From an uncultured archaeon (GTDB lineage Archaea; Asgardarchaeota; Lokiarchaeia; Sigyniarchaeales; SOKP01), in assembly GCA_964388035.1 (NCBI GenBank), contig CAYLZE010000024.1, positions 1 to 52,939 on the forward strand: 52,939 nt of DNA, written 5' to 3'. The position numbers and the translations under genes are program-made. Positions within the stretch are counted from its first letter, which is position 1, and every line of letters begins with the position of its first letter. The notes beneath the pieces are model-generated. The model saw only the letters and a list, made by a program, of their open reading frames with translations. It had not been told where the DNA came from and did not search any database. Below are positions 39,328 through 49,669 of this stretch, piece by piece.

Positions 39328-39885
39328 GTGGGAACAAAAGATAGGTATTTTGAAAAGCACAAATATGAACCGGCAACGGGGACTTTTGCTACGGCATTAG
39401 TATTTACTTTCGTTGGGATATTATCTTTAATTTTTAGGGCATTGAGAGTAAACTTCATCGGATTAAGCGAGTGGGGATTTTGGTTATTCATACCGGCTTT
39501 TTTCATCTTTATCGGAGCCTTCAGTCAATTATACTCCAATTCAAGACATAAAAAAATGGTAATGTCTGCATTAATGGACAGAAACATGCAGGGCACGTAC
39601 AAGTTAGAAAGTATTGGGGACGAAATAGGAATAGATCCCAAGAATATTTTGAGAGTCCTCATGGATCTACGAAATCAAGGAAAGGTACGATATCAATTTA
39701 ATTCAAATACGGGGGAAATTATTTTAGGAGAAAATATTGTATATAAGCCCGTCAACGAATATGCTACTATAGAAAAGAAGGAAGTTCCCTCCACGCCCCC
39801 AGAGAGTAAGACATATTGCGTTTATTGCGGTCAATCCTTGCCTGAAGGAGCTAAGTTCTGCGAACATTGTGGAAGTAAAGTGTGA
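39328..39885 (+). CDS. 2 TM + winged-helix-like + zinc-ribbon protein
   Basis: Two TM segments, wHTH-like middle, CVYCG...FCEHCG C-terminus. Confidence 0.75.
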   Translation: MGTKDRYFEKHKYEPATGTFATALVFTFVGILSLIFRALRVNFIGLSEWGFWLFIPAFFIFIGAFSQLYSNSRHKKMVMSALMDRNMQGTYKLESIGDEIGIDPKNILRVLMDLRNQGKVRYQFNSNTGEIILGENIVYKPVNEYATIEKKEVPSTPPESKTYCVYCGQSLPEGAKFCEHCGSKV

Positions 39886-39984
39886 AAACCTTTTGGAATT
39901 CCCTTTTTAATTATAATCACTTTTTTTGTTATTCTTTTTTACTTTGTTTATATCCTTTTATCATCTAAGGCATTTAGAAATCTC

Positions 39985-42900
39985 CTATGAATAGGTTTCT
40001 TTATATTTTTGGATGATTCGATTTAAATTTTTGAGGGCTTTAATGGTGAAGATCATGAGATATTTAGAGTGAAGTTGATCATGTTTTTTAGTTATATTAT
40101 GGGCGAGCTCGTGAGCAGCGATCATTATCCACAAAATAGGAAGGGGAAATTCTCTTTCTAAAGATTCATCCACCATCATGGAATAATTAAATATTAATTG
40201 TCCCCTAAAATTGAAAGCATGTACGGGGGTGTTAAAAAGAGCTACGGATACAGTATCAGAGTTTCCATCCATCACGTCTATGATGAACTCTAATATCATT
40301 TTAAACTTTTTCAGGGATCCTATCTCTATTGACTTTACAGGTTCTTGACCGTAATAGAAAAAATTTCCTTCTTGCTGTAATGTTAGTTCGGGGATGGGAG
40401 GATTTATTTCGAGACCGCCAAATTCCGCGTTAGCAGGAAATTCCATGGTTTTAAACAATATTTTTTTATTTTTTTTGAGATCCTTTTTCAAATTCCTATC
40501 AATTTTATAATAATTGACCAGCTTTCCTTTATCGATATGGAAAGAATCCGCAATTTGTGAGTTAATTTCTTGAATTAACTCATTTTTTGACGGGGGATCC
40601 TCGATTATTATTTTTAATTTATTTTTTGAATAGGGCTTGCTATTTTTCTCACTATTTGCAGGCAATACATGAACTCCAGACCCATCTTCTTTTTTATAAA
40701 ATTCATAACTTGTTGGTTTCCAGGTAAGGGAAGGTTTTTCCCGTTTTGAACTGATCCTTGGCAAATTTTCAAAAAGATCCACGTTTTCTTCTTTGATACT
40801 ATTTTGGATCAATCCTCTATTGGGGGTCTCTCGATCCCGTATAATTAATTGAAGATCAGGAGCATTTAATTTCTTAATTTCGAGTTTATAAGTGGAAAAT
40901 CCTAAATTTGTTAAAGTATCAATTTTATTTTCTGATCCTAATAATTTTTCAATCAAGGGGCTCATGAGTTTGGATTGAGAGATATTGCCTTGAAATAAAA
41001 CGGAGGAGATGGCTCTCGATAAATCGTTTAAGAATTGGAGGGGGGCTTTTTGTTGGATGCCATTAATAATCCCAATGGTTTTGGATTCGGGATCATATTC
41101 CACGGAATTCCCGGAAATGAGAGATTTCTCGCTTTTATAAGAGAGTTCATGGTATATTTCTTCACAAGTGATGTATTGGATGTGCTTGAGTTCATTTTTC
41201 CAATCATTTTTATATTGTAAGCTTGTTTCATTAATAATAACCTCCATGTAAGGAATTAATTCCTTCAATTTGCTCTCGAGTATCCTTATATAATCGGACT
41301 TTTTAATTATGCCCTTAAAAATTATCTTTTTTTTTATTATTTCCGAAACCTTTTTTACACCTAATGCTTCCAGGAACTCCAATACCTTATTATTTACAGT
41401 TGCGATTTTTAAAGCAGAAAATTTTGCTAAATACGACTTCTCATCCGGAATATAAATCGCTTGAGGATATTCAAAAGACTTTAAATCCTCCGTTATCACG
41501 ATTTTTGATTTAGCGAGCAATTGTTTTTTTTTATCACTCAAAAACGGGTATCTATTTCCTAACGTGTTATATAACAGGAATAATCGCGTTGTCTCAATAT
41601 CTTTTTGAGCACAGTATTCCACCAAAAAATCTGCAAGATCGTCCGTAGTTAATGCTGTTTTTAGCCCAATTTTTTTGAAAAAAGTAATGGAATTGGGATA
41701 ATGAGATAATTTTAATAGCTTCTTGCTCTCTCCAAATATCACTTTTGCTTCTTTAGAGCGCGCAATTAGATGGTTTGCTCGCTCGAAATGATTAATCTCG
41801 GGCACATATATTATTTTTTCTAAAGCTAATCGTTTTTTAGCCCGCAAGCTTAATTCGTTAAAATTATTCGATTGCCCTAAGAAGGAATAAATGGTATCAA
41901 GAATCCGCACGTGTTCGGCTTTCTCGGTAGATTGGGCATTCTCTAGTTTTCTTTTTACGACCTCATCAAGTAAATAACGCGCGACATCTTCGGGTGCTGG
42001 CTTTTTACGTAATTGTAATTTATCTGCTAAATCCGTGGGGAGCTTGATCAAGGAAAGGGGCATGGATTCCCCTAATAACTCTTGTATCTCTTTACTTTTA
42101 AGGTAAACCTGATGCGGATATTCAATTCCTTTAGTACTTGGAATGCATTTCTTCTCTTTTAATAGGTTGATTAATGAATTTTTATCTTCCCGTTCCTTAT
42201 TCTGATGAATTGCATCAAATATCAGTTCAAGGCGTTTTAAAACGTGTTTAATTTGTTGGGTTTCATTTTTTTTCACGGATCGAAGATATTCCATTAAAGC
42301 TTGTTCTACCGCATTTTTCAAGTGCTTAATTCTTGGTTCCTTGTTTATTCCAAGTTTTTCGTAAAACTCCATTCCAATTTCGTTTCCTTCCGCATTCACA
42401 TCAAAATACGCAACTGAATTGGCAAAGATTTTCTGATTATATTCTGTTAAGAAATAACAATCGCGTGCTTTTACCTTGTTTCCGTTGAGAGAAGGGATTA
42501 AATCAAGGACTTTAAGTTCTTCCAAATCAGATTTGGATAATTCGTGGCTATTTTCAGAAAGAAACTTTAACACGTCCAAATCAACGATCTCTGCTCCTTT
42601 TTTTTTAATCAGGGAGAGAACATGGGAAGGTGTAAACTTCTTGGAAACCCCTAATATTTCCAGGTACTTTCGACAATTTTTATTTTTTTCAAATGCCTCG
42701 GGAAGAAACACTATTTCTTGTACCAGGGGTTTTGGTACTTCCACTTCATTAAAAAATACTTCTTCTGGGTTCTTAAATCCGCGATTTGTATAAATGATGG
42801 GATGGTTAAAATCATAAAGCCCCCTGTTATAAAAAAATGCATAATACGGGATGATCAAGTCTAGATCTTTTTTAGTAAACTTGCTTTTATTTGAAATAAA

Positions 42901-44559
42901 ATAATTCAGGATCTCATCATCGTCTAATTCTTTAAGGCCTAATTCTTGCAGGTAGATTCGAACTTTCTTATTTTCAATGAACAGATGATGAACCACTCTC
43001 TCTGGTGGATATAATCCAATAGTTTCGGTTTTGGGGAGATATAGATTCCCTGGAATAGCTTTTTGGCCCATTTCATTTGGTAAGGACTCTGCGTGGAGCA
43101 ATTTAGCTAAGTCTTTACCATTTAAACTTTTAGAATGATTTGAAAAGTAAATCCATGCGGCATGTATTTGTTCCAAGTCAATAACTTTATTTCCGCTAGC
43201 AATTTGCTGTATTAAATCACTAATTGTTAATTCCTTGACGCCTAATCTCGCCAATAATTTCTTCAGGTGTTCATTTGGTGGAGGATTTAAAATTTTGATT
43301 GCAGGGACAAAAAAGGGTCGTAATTCTTCCTCAACAACCGCTCCATCAGAGGCTTTAATCCAATTTCCATTAATATCAAGCAAATTGGCATGAAGAAACT
43401 TCTTTATTTTAGTATATATAAATTCCTTGATGTAGGATTCAAAAGGACTATAGGGTGCGTCATAATATAATGTTTTCAAGAGGGCATTAAAATACTCGGA
43501 TTTATTCTCCTCCACTTTTCGAGTAATTTTATCTTTAAAATAAAAGAGCGCTATTTCGAGCATTTCCGAGGCTTTTCTTAGAAGAAAAGAATTGAATTTT
43601 CCTGCCATGCCTTCGGTTGAGAATCCTTTTCTTGAAGTCTCGGGGATAAAATTACTAGATAATACAAACCCTAATCCAAAAGGGGTTTCGGAAGGAAAAA
43701 TTATAAAGATAGGATAATCCAATCTATTAGGATAATCATTTTCTAGAGAAAAAGCGAGATACACCGGTAATTTCGCATTTTCGATAATTTGCGATCCATG
43801 CCTTGCATATTTTTCGGGAACCAGAATGATCCTTTTAAAGACTAACCATTCACCATGATTCTCCTTGGATTTAAACCTTTTCTTTATATTTTCAATAATT
43901 TTTATTTTTAAAACTTCTACCTCCGCCCGTTTATCCTTGATTCTTTCCGAAGCTTCAATAACTTTTTTAACATGATATTCCTTTTTCGGATAGATAAGCT
44001 TAATTTCATTTAAATTAGAAGCAAACAACAGATATGGGAACTTTCGTAAATATTCATTCAATTTATCTAATTTTTTAATATCATCTGATGACAAGCGGGG
44101 ATGAAAGGGAAGATATAACCGGGTTCCATTAAAAAATTCTTCGTGATGCCGATTTATGTAAGGATAAAAATCCTCTTCTTCATGATTCATTACAAATTTC
44201 AATATGGTATTTCCCGAATGATAAATAGGCGTGTCAGAAATCGATAATACAGATAACGCGCCTAAATTCATGGCTCCCGTTTTTTCGAAATCTTTTCCTC
44301 CCAAACAAGGAGTTAATAATCGCTTGATGTCATTAGAATCAAAAGGAGTTCCATCATTTGAAACTTCTATGCCCTTAGGCATCTTTACCTCAAATTGAAT
44401 CATTTTCGCATTTGCATCGTCCGCGTTCTGAATTAATTCCCGAACCCATGTCCGAACGTCAGAATATAGGTTTTCGAAGCGATGGGTGGTCTGATAGGCG
44501 GGATATACTATGCGTTCTCTCTCGAAATTGACATTTTCAAATTCTTTTCCTAATTCCAT
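39985..44559 (-). CDS. sacsin-like GHKL ATPase / internal repeats / HExxH metallopeptidase-like protein
   Basis: RELIQNADDA, SNDGTPF, GTRLYLP at the N-terminus; AHELAHN...H...H at the C-terminus. Confidence 0.8.
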   Translation of the reverse strand: MELGKEFENVNFERERIVYPAYQTTHRFENLYSDVRTWVRELIQNADDANAKMIQFEVKMPKGIEVSNDGTPFDSNDIKRLLTPCLGGKDFEKTGAMNLGALSVLSISDTPIYHSGNTILKFVMNHEEEDFYPYINRHHEEFFNGTRLYLPFHPRLSSDDIKKLDKLNEYLRKFPYLLFASNLNEIKLIYPKKEYHVKKVIEASERIKDKRAEVEVLKIKIIENIKKRFKSKENHGEWLVFKRIILVPEKYARHGSQIIENAKLPVYLAFSLENDYPNRLDYPIFIIFPSETPFGLGFVLSSNFIPETSRKGFSTEGMAGKFNSFLLRKASEMLEIALFYFKDKITRKVEENKSEYFNALLKTLYYDAPYSPFESYIKEFIYTKIKKFLHANLLDINGNWIKASDGAVVEEELRPFFVPAIKILNPPPNEHLKKLLARLGVKELTISDLIQQIASGNKVIDLEQIHAAWIYFSNHSKSLNGKDLAKLLHAESLPNEMGQKAIPGNLYLPKTETIGLYPPERVVHHLFIENKKVRIYLQELGLKELDDDEILNYFISNKSKFTKKDLDLIIPYYAFFYNRGLYDFNHPIIYTNRGFKNPEEVFFNEVEVPKPLVQEIVFLPEAFEKNKNCRKYLEILGVSKKFTPSHVLSLIKKKGAEIVDLDVLKFLSENSHELSKSDLEELKVLDLIPSLNGNKVKARDCYFLTEYNQKIFANSVAYFDVNAEGNEIGMEFYEKLGINKEPRIKHLKNAVEQALMEYLRSVKKNETQQIKHVLKRLELIFDAIHQNKEREDKNSLINLLKEKKCIPSTKGIEYPHQVYLKSKEIQELLGESMPLSLIKLPTDLADKLQLRKKPAPEDVARYLLDEVVKRKLENAQSTEKAEHVRILDTIYSFLGQSNNFNELSLRAKKRLALEKIIYVPEINHFERANHLIARSKEAKVIFGESKKLLKLSHYPNSITFFKKIGLKTALTTDDLADFLVEYCAQKDIETTRLFLLYNTLGNRYPFLSDKKKQLLAKSKIVITEDLKSFEYPQAIYIPDEKSYLAKFSALKIATVNNKVLEFLEALGVKKVSEIIKKKIIFKGIIKKSDYIRILESKLKELIPYMEVIINETSLQYKNDWKNELKHIQYITCEEIYHELSYKSEKSLISGNSVEYDPESKTIGIINGIQQKAPLQFLNDLSRAISSVLFQGNISQSKLMSPLIEKLLGSENKIDTLTNLGFSTYKLEIKKLNAPDLQLIIRDRETPNRGLIQNSIKEENVDLFENLPRISSKREKPSLTWKPTSYEFYKKEDGSGVHVLPANSEKNSKPYSKNKLKIIIEDPPSKNELIQEINSQIADSFHIDKGKLVNYYKIDRNLKKDLKKNKKILFKTMEFPANAEFGGLEINPPIPELTLQQEGNFFYYGQEPVKSIEIGSLKKFKMILEFIIDVMDGNSDTVSVALFNTPVHAFNFRGQLIFNYSMMVDESLEREFPLPILWIMIAAHELAHNITKKHDQLHSKYLMIFTIKALKNLNRIIQKYKETYS

Positions 44560-44728
44560 TCAATTACTCTTCTTAAGATTCTTTTCTATTAATCTTATAA
44601 AAGAATACGGGTAAAAAATTTTAAATTTAACGATAATAAAGAAAAAGTCCCTACGATGTCCGTATTTATATTCAAAAAAAAAGGGTGAAATACTGGTTAA
44701 TATTATGTTTTTTTACCATTCGGGTAAT

Positions 44729-45448
44729 TTATTGCCTAATTCCCAACCAAAGAAACACTACAGAGAATATAGTACCTATTCGAATAAAGAAGGTAATGAT
44801 GCCAGGATCTATCAGCGCATCTAAAGCTCCACATATGATGAAGAGGAACCATCCTAAAGATAAATAGGAGAATTTTCTCCGGATCATTCCTGTAGATTGG
44901 ATACTTTTGTTCAAAAAGCCAAACCCGTTAAAAATCAGTCCTGATGTTAAAAACACGATCATCAGTATGAATATAATGGAAGAAAGGGAAACCGATGTAT
45001 TCAATAAAGCCGTTCCTTGGGGAAGGGGGTTAGGGTAAACAAATATTGCTTCGGGATTTGTCAAGGAAAATACGAATAAAATTATTTCAAAAATTACTAC
45101 TAATGCCCCATAAATGATTAAAATGAGTATTTTTTTAGTTGGCGCCAACAATTCTGCTCCCGTATAAAGACCAAAAAGAGTCACGGGTCCTGTCCATATA
45201 TAACTTAATAGCCCATATAACCAATACGGTTCTAAATTGGTTCCTGTAATTAAAATCACCATGAAATCTGTTGCCGGACCTAATAGAACGTATCCTATGC
45301 TAATAATGCATAATCCCGTAATTCCTAGCAATTTTGCTTTTAGTTTTACTGCAGTGAGGAGTGCATAAATACCAAAAATGGTTGCTATAATTACAACTAT
45401 GAAAGCGGTACCCCCATCTAACCATCCTAATTGACTTAACTCCGCCAT
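44729..45448 (-). CDS. hypothetical 7-TM membrane protein
   Basis: Seven hydrophobic segments in 239 aa, no soluble domain. Confidence 0.7.
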   Translation of the reverse strand: MAELSQLGWLDGGTAFIVVIIATIFGIYALLTAVKLKAKLLGITGLCIISIGYVLLGPATDFMVILITGTNLEPYWLYGLLSYIWTGPVTLFGLYTGAELLAPTKKILILIIYGALVVIFEIILFVFSLTNPEAIFVYPNPLPQGTALLNTSVSLSSIIFILMIVFLTSGLIFNGFGFLNKSIQSTGMIRRKFSYLSLGWFLFIICGALDALIDPGIITFFIRIGTIFSVVFLWLGIRQ

Positions 45449-45699
45449 TTTAGATCACGTCTATATAAATAATTCTTATTTTAATACTATTTTTACTTTC
45501 AACCTTTTAAATATTTCATTTTTTTCTAAATTGATAATGAAATAAAGAAATGTTATCATGAATCGATTAAGTGAGTATTGTCAAGTGATTATCATGAGTA
45601 GAAATAAATGCTTTCATCAAGAGGATAGGATGGAAAAAGATTAATTGGTTTCTATTTTTATTCTAAATAAAGATTTTAGCTTATTAAGTCATTCAGATT

Positions 45700-46248
45700 T
45701 CAAATACGGGCATAAAAAAAAGCAGAAAGAGAATTCTTACCAGAAGCAAGAGTCAATTCTTGCTTAAATTCTAATGATTCAAAAAAAGAATTCAATTCAT
45801 ACCTAAAAGAAATTACAATAGCTCTTTTTTTGGCTGTTCTTAATACATGGTTTAAAAAGGCGTGCATGGGAGGATACGAATAAATATAAATGAAGTTATA
45901 TTTGCTTAAATCTTGTTTAAACAAATCTGCTTTTTTAAATTCCATTTTCCGCACGAGTTTTCGGGGTATTTTGCTAGAATTTTTAAACTCCTTTATTTTT
46001 TGCTGAGATAATTGAAAAAAATGATCATCCAGTTCTATTCCCACTGATCTTATCTTATATTTCAAAGCGGCATGGATAACAACTCTCCCGTCCCCCGATC
46101 CTAAATCGATTAACTTTTGTTTAGCCCCTTTTTTCAGACCAAAATCTTGTTCCAAAACACGGAAAATTTTATCGATATAATCCCGATCTGTTTCCAAGTA
46201 AGGAAGCACTAATTTAGAAGAAATGGTGTAAAAATTATTCTCGTTCAT
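45700..46248 (-). CDS. class I SAM-dependent methyltransferase (FAM173/protein-lysine MTase-like)
   Basis: LPYLET, LIDLGSGDGRVV, GIEL, ADLF. Confidence 0.85.
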   Translation of the reverse strand: MNENNFYTISSKLVLPYLETDRDYIDKIFRVLEQDFGLKKGAKQKLIDLGSGDGRVVIHAALKYKIRSVGIELDDHFFQLSQQKIKEFKNSSKIPRKLVRKMEFKKADLFKQDLSKYNFIYIYSYPPMHAFLNHVLRTAKKRAIVISFRYELNSFFESLEFKQELTLASGKNSLSAFFYARI

Positions 46249-46476
46249 TTTAGTAGTGAAGATAAGGTATAATTAATTGGCATGAAAAATATAATTCCTT
46301 CTTGATTATTTAAATTAATGAATCAGTTCCTATTAAGAAAGTAATAAAAAATATAAGGATAATATAAAATAAGAGAATTGATAATATTTATTTATTGTAA
46401 GGTCATTTTCTATTCATGCGATCTTGAGTAGAGATTCCAATAAACTAATACTGCCATTGTATTTAAAAATTATTGC

Positions 46477-47025
46477 GTGAAACTGATACATATGATTGAC
46501 AGAAAGTTATACGAGATACTCAATCGAGCGTTAGGCGAAACTTCGATTAAAAATTACTCCTCAGAATTTTCGTCTCGGATCATTGTTCAAAAGGTATTAT
46601 ACCTATTAACTCACGGGATTTCTGCACCTAATGTAAGCTTGCCCTATAAATGGGAATTCTATTTACACGGTCCTTATTCTTCAGATATTGCTCAAATGCT
46701 TCATCACATGAATGATGTAAGGGATGAAATCTCCCATAAACAGGTGGATTTAACTAAGAAGGATCTCATGAGTTTAGAGAATTTCCGTCAATTTAGAGAA
46801 CAATTAATGTCTTTAAGAGAAGAGGAAAGAGAACTAAGCAATTTACCTAAGGCGGAATTATTTGAAATTTTAGGTACTTTAGTATATTTAGCAGGACAAC
46901 TTGAAAAAGATGAAATTAAAATTCGAGCAAAATTTAAAGCTTTCAAGCCATCATTAATTCAAAAATTAACTGAGAATGCTTTTTCTATGCTATACCAACT
47001 ATTAAATGAGTTTGGATACATTTAA
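46477..47025 (+). CDS. YwgA/SocA(DUF4065)-like winged-helix protein
   Basis: R...QKVLYL...W.FYLHGPYS motif. Confidence 0.65.
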   Translation: MKLIHMIDRKLYEILNRALGETSIKNYSSEFSSRIIVQKVLYLLTHGISAPNVSLPYKWEFYLHGPYSSDIAQMLHHMNDVRDEISHKQVDLTKKDLMSLENFRQFREQLMSLREEERELSNLPKAELFEILGTLVYLAGQLEKDEIKIRAKFKAFKPSLIQKLTENAFSMLYQLLNEFGYI

Positions 47026-48445
47026 GCACCTATTAAAAATACGCTTTAAAATCATGAAGACATTAACGGGATTACCCGCAAAAAAGTATATTTTAGACCC
47101 GATCCACGGACCCATTCCCATTACGGCACTTGAATATGGGATCATTTCTACTCCTCTTTTTCAGAGACTTAGAAACATCACGCAGCTGAGTCAAACTCAC
47201 CTCGTTTATCCTGGAGCCCTCCATAACAGGTTTCAGCATTCCTTGGGAACGATGTTTGTCATGGATAAATTACTCAACACATTGAGGGAACGAGAACAAC
47301 TACCTGTTGATACTTCTAAGCAGGAACTCATTATAAATATAATGAGGTTGGCTGCATTGTTGCATGATTGCGGTCATTTACCCTTCTCCCATACTTTTGA
47401 AAATGAAAAAGAGCAAAGAGACCATGAAGTTTTCGCAAAGTGGATCATAGAGACCAGTGAAATAAAAGAAAAGGTCGAAGAGCACGGTATACCTTCAGAA
47501 ACCATTAGTGGAATAATTACGGGAGAAATTAATATAAAGGATGAGCATTTTAGCGAGCTCACAGAATTGTTACCTTTATTAAGTTCTAACGCAGATTGCG
47601 ATCGAATGGATTACTTGTTAAGAGATTCTTACTTTACGGGGGTCCCCTATGGAAAATATGATATTGATCGCATTACAAATTTTGTTTCTCTTGACAATCG
47701 GCAAATATGTTTTTTGGATAAAGCTCAAGACGCCTTAGAAGATTTCTTGTTTTCCCGGTATCAAATGTATAAAATTGTCTACATTCATAAAACCGTGATA
47801 GGATATCAGCTCTTATTACTTAAAATTCATGAAAAATATATCAAAAAATATCAGGACAAAATAAACCTCCCTTTCTTTCTTCCTAATGAGGATGACTTTA
47901 AAAAAGCAAATAATGAATGGTATAATGATAAATTTTTTAATCTTACTGAAAGAGATTTCTTTACAAGTATCAATTTACTCTTAAAATCAGAAGTCATGTC
48001 TTCAGATGAAAAAAATGATTTGAAAAACATGCAAGATAGGTTTATTTATAGAAATCCAATCAAAAATTGTTACATGTTTGATAATTTAGCTACCATGTCC
48101 CAAACCGAATATTGTGATAAAGAGTCAGAATGTTTTGAAGAATTATTAAGAACTCATCCCGAGATCATTGCTCATTGGTCCTTCTTAAGATATAACCCTA
48201 GCGAACCAATTCAAATCGCAGATCCTATTCTTAAAGAAGAACATGAAGATCAACAAGATCCTAAATTTATACGAATTTTTGATAGGAAAAATAATAGGAT
48301 CGAACTTCTACAAAATAGAGCAAATTCATTTATAAACTCGCTCGCAAGTCATCACAGGATTCTCATTTGCTATTATCATAAACAACCAGAAGCTCAAGAT
48401 ATTATTCGCAATTTAGCCCTTAAGTTAATATCTAATGAAATATAA
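47006..48445 (+). CDS. HD-domain dNTP triphosphohydrolase-like protein (SAMHD1/YwfO family)
   Basis: DPIHG, FQRLR.ITQL, YPGA.H.RF.HSLG, LLHDCGHLPFSH, D.DRMDYLLRD, MY..VY.HK. Confidence 0.9.
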   Translation: MSLDTFKHLLKIRFKIMKTLTGLPAKKYILDPIHGPIPITALEYGIISTPLFQRLRNITQLSQTHLVYPGALHNRFQHSLGTMFVMDKLLNTLREREQLPVDTSKQELIINIMRLAALLHDCGHLPFSHTFENEKEQRDHEVFAKWIIETSEIKEKVEEHGIPSETISGIITGEINIKDEHFSELTELLPLLSSNADCDRMDYLLRDSYFTGVPYGKYDIDRITNFVSLDNRQICFLDKAQDALEDFLFSRYQMYKIVYIHKTVIGYQLLLLKIHEKYIKKYQDKINLPFFLPNEDDFKKANNEWYNDKFFNLTERDFFTSINLLLKSEVMSSDEKNDLKNMQDRFIYRNPIKNCYMFDNLATMSQTEYCDKESECFEELLRTHPEIIAHWSFLRYNPSEPIQIADPILKEEHEDQQDPKFIRIFDRKNNRIELLQNRANSFINSLASHHRILICYYHKQPEAQDIIRNLALKLISNEI

Positions 48446-48745
48446 AACAGGATCTTTTAATCCTCATTTTTCCTATTTGGTATTGACTTGGATTTCTAAG
48501 AGACTTGAAACCTAAAGATCTAATGTTTGAGATATTAATGATATTTAATTTTACCTTAGGAGCAGCATTTTAGATCTTTTCAATGTTCAAAATATAGATC
48601 AGTGTTCTAATCCTCAATAAATTAGATTACGAGAATTTGAAAGGGGGGAAAATGAGAATCTGATTTTGAAATCAAATTGAATGAGTTCGATAGAATGTTA
48701 TTTAAAAAAAAGGGAGTGAAAAAAAATTTAAAAAGTTACTAAATC

Positions 48746-49420
48746 TTATGGTTCCAGAATTACATCATTACGGAGCGTACCAATTTTTTGTATTGTTGCT
48801 TCAACTTGATCCCCCGGAATTAAGGGACCAACTCCTGCTGGCGTGCCCGTAGCAATGATATCATCTGGTTCTAAAGTTATGAACGCCGTGATGTATTCAA
48901 TCAAGTAGGGAATTTTAAAGATAAGATGCTTGGTGTTAGAGGATTGGCGAATTTTCCCATTAACTTTTAATTCAATATTTAAATCATTAACATCTCCAAT
49001 TTCATCCGAAAGCACGATGCGGGGCCCCAATGACCCAAAAGTATCCATGGATTTCGACAAGTACCAGGGTTCGGCTTTTCGAATTGCTTTCAATTGCATT
49101 TTTCTTGCCGTGATGTCATTAAATACCGAATAGCCCAAGACATGATCATTGGCATCCTTCTCAAGCACCTTCTTGCATTTATCCTTGATGATAACAGCCA
49201 ATTCAATCTCGTGATCTAATCTATTAAGCGTCTTTTTTGCATGCAGTTTTTTTGGATAGATAATAGAATCTCCATCGCCTATTAAGCAATTAGGAGTTTT
49301 TGCAAACAACACAGGCTCTTTGGGAGCATCTTCTCCCGATTCTTGGGCATGATCCAAATAATTTCTTCCTAAACAGATAATTTTTGAAGGTTTAACTTCT
49401 ATTTCTCCAATGCGTACCAT
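48746..49420 (-). CDS. fumarylacetoacetate hydrolase family protein
   Basis: KIICLGRNY..HA.E, HEIELAV, NDITAR, TGTPAGVG. Confidence 0.93.
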   Translation of the reverse strand: MVRIGEIEVKPSKIICLGRNYLDHAQESGEDAPKEPVLFAKTPNCLIGDGDSIIYPKKLHAKKTLNRLDHEIELAVIIKDKCKKVLEKDANDHVLGYSVFNDITARKMQLKAIRKAEPWYLSKSMDTFGSLGPRIVLSDEIGDVNDLNIELKVNGKIRQSSNTKHLIFKIPYLIEYITAFITLEPDDIIATGTPAGVGPLIPGDQVEATIQKIGTLRNDVILEP

Positions 49421-49669
49421 TTTTTTAGTCCGAAGAAAATATTAATTATAAATCATGTAGAGGTTATAATAGATGAAGAAAGCTAGGATACCTTATAAAA
49501 ATACCTTCATCAAGGTTCTTTTGCATCCCTGTTTAAGATCATGCTCGGGAGAAATTCTTATTATTTCAAATTAAAAGATTCGTGGGTTTTTTTTTGATCG
49601 TAGCAAGAGAGAACAGAAATTAGTAAATAAATTGTAATGCTTTTTCTTTAATAATTTTCCGAATTATTT

